Of a DNA stretch of 21,568 bases, positions 17,050 to 21,568 are shown in pieces. Position numbers and translations under genes: made by a program. Source of the stretch: a virus (Duplodnaviria; Heunggongvirae; Uroviricota; Caudoviricetes); IMG/VR virus record IMGVR_UViG_3300045988_101336, positions 1 through 21,568 of that record; one strand, written 5' to 3'. Below the pieces are notes generated by a model. That model had not been told where the DNA came from. It did no database searches and saw nothing but the letters and a program-made list of their open reading frames with translations. Each line of letters starts with the position of its first letter. The stretch's first letter is position 1.

Positions 17050-17570
17050 TATGCAGCCCTCACGATAAAGTTAAATGCAATATTTCGTGGACGGGTTTCA
17101 CTCCCGCCAGTATTACCGATACTCCCTCGTGAATGAAGTGTCGGTGACGGGATTAGGCTCCCTCCTGTATTTGTGGCATCAAGTCCTCGCCCTTGTGTGT
17201 ATGTTTTTTTGAAAATCGTAGCCAGTTCCCATTCATCTTTCGTGTCGTAACCATCATTGGCAACAACAATATGACGGTGTTTTTCCAGCATTCCTGCCTG
17301 AATACTCAATAAAACACGTCCTGCATCAATACCGCGCCCGTCATCCCAGCCACGAATAAACTCACCGCGTAAATCAGGTAATTTATTTGTCGGATAAGCC
17401 TTTGCCAGTTCCGGGTATTCTTCAGCAGAAAAAGCCGCACCGTTGCATTTCAGCCAGCCTGTTGGCGGTGTGGCTGAAGGCCACGGAACAGGCACACCAA
17501 CAGGTAATGCAGAGCCTTCTCCTAAACCAACGTTTATGAAAATGCAGAGATAACGGGCAACTGGCATCAT
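17049..17570 (-). CDS. Alternative tail fibre C-terminal (receptor-binding) cassette Sv', promoterless in this orientation; functional part about 17052-17528
   Basis: Minus-strand ORF whose first 20 codons (...INVGLGEGS) include the recombination site and parallel H residues ...[10 protein letters not shown]. Contains a tail-collar-like motif LPDLRGEFIRGWDDGRGIDAGR. The ATG at 17570 is probably incidental; expression would follow inversion and fusion to H. Confidence 0.7.
   Translation of the reverse strand: MMPVARYLCIFINVGLGEGSALPVGVPVPWPSATPPTGWLKCNGAAFSAEEYPELAKAYPTNKLPDLRGEFIRGWDDGRGIDAGRVLLSIQAGMLEKHRHIVVANDGYDTKDEWELATIFKKTYTQGRGLDATNTGGSLIPSPTLHSRGSIGNTGGSETRPRNIAFNFIVRAA
17517..17542. 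repeat. Right invertase recombination site (inverted copy)
   Basis: Plus strand TTCTCCTAAACC AA CGTTTATGAAAA; its reverse complement TTTTCATAAACG TT GGTTTAGGAGAA matches the left site in 11 of 12 positions of the right half-site and 8 of 12 of the left, with an identical central dinucleotide. Confidence 0.65.
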
Positions 17571-17591
17571 CTCCGGTTTTTATTCAGGGGG

Positions 17592-18191
17592 ATGCTCATG
17601 CTTATTGGCTATGTACGCGTGTCAACAAATGACCAGAACACGGAATTGCAGCGTAACGCGCTGGAGTGCGCAGGATGCGAGCGGATTTTTGAGGATAAAA
17701 TCAGCGGCACGAAGTCCGACCGACCGGGACTGAAAAAACTGCTCAGAACATTATCAGCAGGTGACACTCTGGTAGTCTGGAAGCTGGACAGGCTGGGGCG
17801 TAGTATGCGGCATCTGGTCATTCTGGTTGAGGAACTGCGCGAACGCGGCGTTAATTTTCGCAGTCTGACGGATGCTATTGATACCAGCACGCCGATGGGG
17901 CGTTTTTTCTTTCATGTGATGGGTGCCCTGGCTGAAATGGAGCGAGAACTCATTGTCGAGCGGACACGCGCCGGACTGGAAGCGGCCAGAGCCAAAGGTC
18001 GTATTGGTGGCAGACGTCCGAAACTCACCGCGAGTGAGTGGGAGCAGGTCGGACGGTTGCTGGCTGCGGGGGAATCTCGTCAACGTGTGGCGCTGATTTT
18101 TGATATTGGCCTGTCCACGCTCTATAAAAAATTCCCCTCATCAGCGGCAAAGAATAAATTGTGTCATCCCTTAGCCAACCGGGACAAATAG
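17592..18191 (+). CDS. Serine-recombinase DNA invertase (Hin/Gin/Cin/Pin family)
   Basis: 199-aa ORF M(LM)LIGYVRVSTNDQNTELQRNALECAGCERIFEDKISGTKSDRPGLKKLL...GDTLVVWKLDRLGRSMRHL...FRSLTDAIDTSTPMGRFFFHVMGALAEMERELIVERT...GGRRPKLT...LSTLYKK. Near-identical in pattern to Gin/Hin, including the catalytic serine motif (YVRVSTxDQ) and C-terminal HTH. The true start may be the ATG at 17598. Confidence 0.92.
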   Translation: MLMLIGYVRVSTNDQNTELQRNALECAGCERIFEDKISGTKSDRPGLKKLLRTLSAGDTLVVWKLDRLGRSMRHLVILVEELRERGVNFRSLTDAIDTSTPMGRFFFHVMGALAEMERELIVERTRAGLEAARAKGRIGGRRPKLTASEWEQVGRLLAAGESRQRVALIFDIGLSTLYKKFPSSAAKNKLCHPLANRDK

Positions 18192-18250
18192 CCTGACATC
18201 TCCGGCACAACTGAAAATAACACTCACCCATTAACCACGGAGTTAAACGG

Positions 18251-19441
18251 ATGAGTGACTATCATCACGGCGTGCAGGTGCTGGAGATTAACGACGGCAC
18301 CCGCGTCATTTCCACCGTATCCACCGCCATTGTTGGCATGGTCTGCACGGCCAGCGATGCGGATGCGGAAACCTTCCCCGTCAATAAACCGGTGCTGATC
18401 ACCAATGTGCAGAGCGCGATTGCAAAGGCCGGTAAAAAAGGCACGCTGGCGGCATCGTTGCAGGCCATCGCTGACCAGTCAAAACCGGTCACCGTTGTCG
18501 TGCGCGTGGAAGACGGAACCGGCGACGACGAAGAAACGAAACTCGCGCAGACCGTTTCCAATATCATCGGCACCACTGACGAAAACGGTCAGTACACCGG
18601 ACTGAAAGCCTTGCTGGCGGCGGAGTCGGTAACCGGTGTTAAACCGCGTATTCTCGGTGTGCCGGGACTGGATACCAAAGAGGTGGCTGTTGCACTGGCA
18701 TCCGTCTGTCAGAAGCTGCGCGCTTTCGGGTATATCAGCGCATGGGGCTGTAAAACCATTTCCGAGGTGAAAGCCTACCGCCAGAATTTCAGCCAGCGTG
18801 AGCTGATGGTCATCTGGCCGGATTTCCTCGCATGGGATACGGTCATCAGTACCACCGCCACCGCGTATGCCACCGCCCGTGCGCTGGGTCTGCGCGCTAA
18901 AATCGACCAGGAGCAGGGCTGGCATAAAACGCTGTCCAACGTCGGGGTAAACGGTGTTACCGGCATCAGCGCCTCTGTATTCTGGGATTTGCAGGAGTCC
19001 GGCACCGATGCTGACCTGCTTAACGAGTCAGGCGTCACTACGCTGATTCGCCGCGACGGTTTCCGATTCTGGGGTAACCGTACCTGCTCTGATGACCCGC
19101 TGTTCCTCTTTGAAAACTACACCCGCACCGCGCAGGTGCTGGCCGACACGATGGCTGAGGCGCACATGTGGGCGGTGGACAAGCCCATCACCGCAACGCT
19201 GATTCGCGACATCGTTGACGGCATCAATGCCAAATTCCGTGAGCTGAAAACAAACGGCTATATCGTGGATGCGACCTGCTGGTTCAGCGAAGAATCCAAC
19301 GATGCGGAAACCCTCAAGGCCGGAAAACTGTATATCGACTACGACTATACCCCGGTGCCTCCTCTTGAAAACCTGACCCTGCGCCAGCGTATTACCGATA
19401 AATACCTGGCAAATCTGGTCACCTCGGTTAACAGCAATTAA
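18251..19441 (+). CDS. FI: Tail sheath protein (P2 gpFI-like)
   Basis: 396-aa ORF MSDYHHGVQVLEINDGTRVISTVSTAIVGMV...; length and sequence match P2 FI. Confidence 0.93.
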   Translation: MSDYHHGVQVLEINDGTRVISTVSTAIVGMVCTASDADAETFPVNKPVLITNVQSAIAKAGKKGTLAASLQAIADQSKPVTVVVRVEDGTGDDEETKLAQTVSNIIGTTDENGQYTGLKALLAAESVTGVKPRILGVPGLDTKEVAVALASVCQKLRAFGYISAWGCKTISEVKAYRQNFSQRELMVIWPDFLAWDTVISTTATAYATARALGLRAKIDQEQGWHKTLSNVGVNGVTGISASVFWDLQESGTDADLLNESGVTTLIRRDGFRFWGNRTCSDDPLFLFENYTRTAQVLADTMAEAHMWAVDKPITATLIRDIVDGINAKFRELKTNGYIVDATCWFSEESNDAETLKAGKLYIDYDYTPVPPLENLTLRQRITDKYLANLVTSVNSN

Positions 19442-19453
19442 GGAGCCTGACCG

Positions 19454-19972
19454 ATGGCAATGCCGCGCAAACTCAAGTTAATGAACGTCTTTCTGAACGG
19501 CTACAGCTATCAGGGCGTCGCGAAGTCCGTCACGCTACCAAAACTGACCCGTAAGCTCGAAAACTATCGCGGTGCGGGAATGAACGGCAGCGCACCGGTA
19601 GACCTCGGCCTTGATGACGATGCGCTGTCAATGGAGTGGTCGCTCGGTGGCTTCCCGGATTCGGTTATCTGGGAGCTTTACGCCGCAACCGGTGTGGATG
19701 CCGTGCCGATTCGTTTTGCAGGCTCTTACCAGCGCGACGATACCGGCGAAACGGTGGCCGTCGAAGTGGTCATGCGTGGACGTCAGAAAGAAATCGACAC
19801 CGGCGAGGGTAAACAGGGAGAAGACACTGAGTCGAAAATCTCCGTGGTCTGCACCTATTTCCGGCTGACGATGGACGGTAAGGAGCTGGTCGAAATTGAC
19901 ACCATCAACATGATTGAGAAGGTGAACGGCGTCGACCGGCTGGAGCAACACCGCCGCAATATCGGCCTGTGA
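19454..19972 (+). CDS. FII: Tail tube protein (P2 gpFII-like)
   Basis: 172-aa ORF MAMPRKLKLMNVFLNGYSYQGVAKSVTLPKLTRKLENYRGAG... Confidence 0.93.
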   Translation: MAMPRKLKLMNVFLNGYSYQGVAKSVTLPKLTRKLENYRGAGMNGSAPVDLGLDDDALSMEWSLGGFPDSVIWELYAATGVDAVPIRFAGSYQRDDTGETVAVEVVMRGRQKEIDTGEGKQGEDTESKISVVCTYFRLTMDGKELVEIDTINMIEKVNGVDRLEQHRRNIGL

Positions 19973-20028
19973 TTTTCATCCGGTCAGCCTGGCTGACCGG
20001 TTAACCCCGATTCAGAAGTGAGAAAACC

Positions 20029-20304
20029 ATGAACAAAGAAAACGTCATTACCCTGGATAATCCGGTTAAACGTGGTGAACAGGTTATCGAACAGGTCACG
20101 CTGATGAAACCCAATGCCGGGACGCTGCGCGGTGTCAGTCTGGCTGCGGTCGCAAACTCCGAAGTCGATGCACTGATTAAAGTGCTGCCGCGCATGACGG
20201 CACCGATGCTGACCGAGCAGGAGGTCGCCGCGCTGGAACTGCCTGACCTTGTGGCGCTGGCCGGTAAGGTGGTCGGTTTTTTGTCGCCGAACTCGGTGCA
20301 GTGA
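20029..20304 (+). CDS. E: Tail assembly chaperone E (P2 gpE-like), zero-frame product
   Basis: 91-aa ORF MNKENVITLDNPVKRGEQVIEQVTLMKPNAGTLRGVSLAAVANSEVDALIKVLPRMTAPMLTEQEVAALELPDLVALAGKVVGFLSPNSVQ. Confidence 0.85.
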   Translation: MNKENVITLDNPVKRGEQVIEQVTLMKPNAGTLRGVSLAAVANSEVDALIKVLPRMTAPMLTEQEVAALELPDLVALAGKVVGFLSPNSVQ

Positions 20305-20456
20305 CGTTTCCGAAAAATCTCTCGGTCGATGACCTGATGGCGGATGTGGCAGTGATATTTCACTGGCCGCCATCAGAACTGTATCCCATGAGCCTGACCG
20401 AACTCATCACATGGCGCGAAAAGGCGCTCCGGCGAAGCGGAAACACGAATGAGTAA
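20029..20456 (+). CDS. E+E': E+E' fusion made by programmed -1 ribosomal frameshift at the slippery heptamer TTTTTTG (20277-20283)
   Basis: The -1 frame from 20283 is open to TAA at 20454-20456 and encodes VAELGAVTFPKNLSVDDLMADVAVIFHWPPSELYPMSLTELITWREKALRRSGNTNE. There is no start codon of its own, so the ORF track misses it. Same arrangement as P2 E/E' and lambda G/GT. Confidence 0.7.
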
Positions 20457-21551
20457 CAATGTAAAATTACAGGTATTGCTCAGGGCTGTTGACCAGGCAT
20501 CCCGCCCGTTTAAATCCATCCGCACAGCGAGCAAGTCGCTGTCGGGGGATATCCGGGAAACACAAAAATCACTGCGCGAGCTGAACGGTCAGGCATCCCG
20601 TATTGAGGGATTCCGCAAGACCAGTGCACAGCTCGCCGTGACTGGTCATGCACTTGAAAAGGCTCGGCAGGAAGCAGAAGCCCTTGCCACACAGTTTAAA
20701 AACACCGAACGTCCGACCCGTGCTCAGGCGAAAGTGCTGGAATCCGCAAAGCGTGCGGCGGAGGACTTACAGGCGAAATATAACCGCCTGACGGATTCCG
20801 TTAAACGCCAGCAGCGGGAACTGGCCGCTGTGGGAATTAATACCCGCAATCTTGCACATGATGAGCAGGGACTGAAAAACCGTATCAGTGAAACCACCGC
20901 ACAGCTTAACCGGCAGCGCGACGCGCTGGCGCGTGTCAGTGCGCAACAGGCAAAACTTAACGCAGTCAAACAGCGTTATCAGGCCGGAAAGGAACTGGCC
21001 GGAAATATGGCCTCAGTAGGCGCTGCCGGTGTGGGGATTGCGGCGGCGGGAACGATGGCCGGTGTTAAGCTGCTGATGCCCGGTTATGAGTTTGCGCAGA
21101 AAAACTCAGAATTGCAGGCCGTGCTCGGTGTGGCAAAAGATTCTGCCGAAATGGCCGCGCTACGCAAACAGGCGCGCCAGCTCGGCGACAATACCGCCGC
21201 CTCGGCAGATGATGCAGCCGGTGCGCAGATTATTATTGCGAAAGCCGGTGGGGATGTTGATGCCATTCAGGCGGCAACGCCGGTCACGCTGAACATGGCG
21301 CTGGCGAACCGCCGCACGATGGAAGAAAACGCCGCCCTGCTGATGGGGATGAAATCCGCCTTTCAGCTTTCAAACGATAAGGTCGCTCATATCGGGGATG
21401 TTCTCTCCATGACGATGAACAAAACCGCCGCCGATTTTGACGGCATGAGCGATGCGCTGACCTATGCCGCACCTGTGGCAAAAAATGCCGGTGTCAGCAT
21501 TGAAGAAACCGCCGCAATGGTCGGGGCGCTGCATGATGCAAAAATTACAGG
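20449..21551 (+). CDS. T: Tail tape measure protein (P2 gpT-like), 5' partial (first ~367 codons; gene continues past the window)
   Basis: ATG at 20449, overlapping the E' stop, gives MSNNVKLQVLLRAVDQASRPFKSIRTASKSLSGDIRETQKSLRELNGQASRIEGFRKTSAQLAV... and is open to the end of genuine sequence. The ORF track lacks it because there is no stop in the window. Confidence 0.85.
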
Positions 21552-21568
21552 AGATCGGAAGAGCACAC
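21552..21568. other. Sequencing adapter remnant (Illumina TruSeq-type read-through, AGATCGGAAGAGCACAC)
   Basis: Exact match to the start of the standard Illumina adapter read-through sequence; reverse-complementary in type to the remnant at 1-16. Confidence 0.85.

Larger units (their letters stand above)
15662..17529. other. Invertible DNA segment (Mu G / P1 C / e14 P-type tail-fibre host-range switch), about 1.87 kb
   Basis: Bounded by the inverted 26-bp sites. Contains the H variable tip plus tfa on the plus strand and an alternative tip plus tfa' on the minus strand; a serine invertase gene lies immediately adjacent. Inversion would give an in-frame fusion (see findings). Confidence 0.7.

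Noticed and set aside
20463-21551. The 11-mer AAAATTACAGG occurs both near the T start (20463-20473) and immediately before the right-end adapter (21541-21551)
   Set aside because: Considered as a sign of an artificial join or repeat-mediated misassembly, but both copies translate sensibly in the T reading frame and an 11-mer recurrence is plausible by chance; not enough to claim.
1-21568. Searched for CRISPR arrays, tRNA/tmRNA genes, integrase/attachment sites and IS elements
   Set aside because: No regularly spaced direct repeats, no tRNA-like cloverleaf candidates, and no integrase or transposase ORFs seen; in P2-like phages the int/att region lies well beyond the tape-measure gene, outside this window.

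Overview
This window is the late (structural and lysis) region of a P2-like (Peduovirus-type) temperate myovirus from an enterobacterial host, with non-P2 cargo at its variable loci. The backbone runs cos, Q, P (minus strand), then O, N, M, L, X, Y, K, lysA, lysB/lysC, R, S, V, W, J, I, H, a tail-fibre assembly gene, FI, FII, E/E+E' and the 5' part of T (plus strand). Gene names come from my recognition of the translated ORFs as close relatives of phage P2 proteins; no database search was possible. Three things are not P2 backbone. (1) A markedly AT-rich island exactly between S and V (the P2 orf30 position) carries one 508-aa gene encoding an N-terminal P-loop NTPase fused to a C-terminal TIR-like domain. 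I consider this the best candidate for an undescribed single-gene anti-phage (abortive-infection) system. (2) A second AT-rich gene at the left edge, next to cos (the P2 old/tin position), encodes the N-terminal ~300 aa of an SMC/Rad50-like ATPase with a coiled coil and a CPFC hook motif; it is truncated by the window. (3) Between H and FI (the P2 Z/fun position) there is a Mu-G/Hin-type invertible tail-fibre switch: two 26-bp inverted recombination sites, two alternative fibre tips each with its own assembly chaperone, and a serine DNA invertase gene. Other features are the P2-type cos 19-mer, an intrinsic terminator after Q, the lysB/lysC nested spanin pair, the E/E' -1 frameshift site (TTTTTTG), and Illumina adapter remnants at both ends of the window. 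Gene starts below are sometimes moved inward from the ORF track, which includes non-ATG and upstream-extended starts. Composition statements are by eye, not computed.
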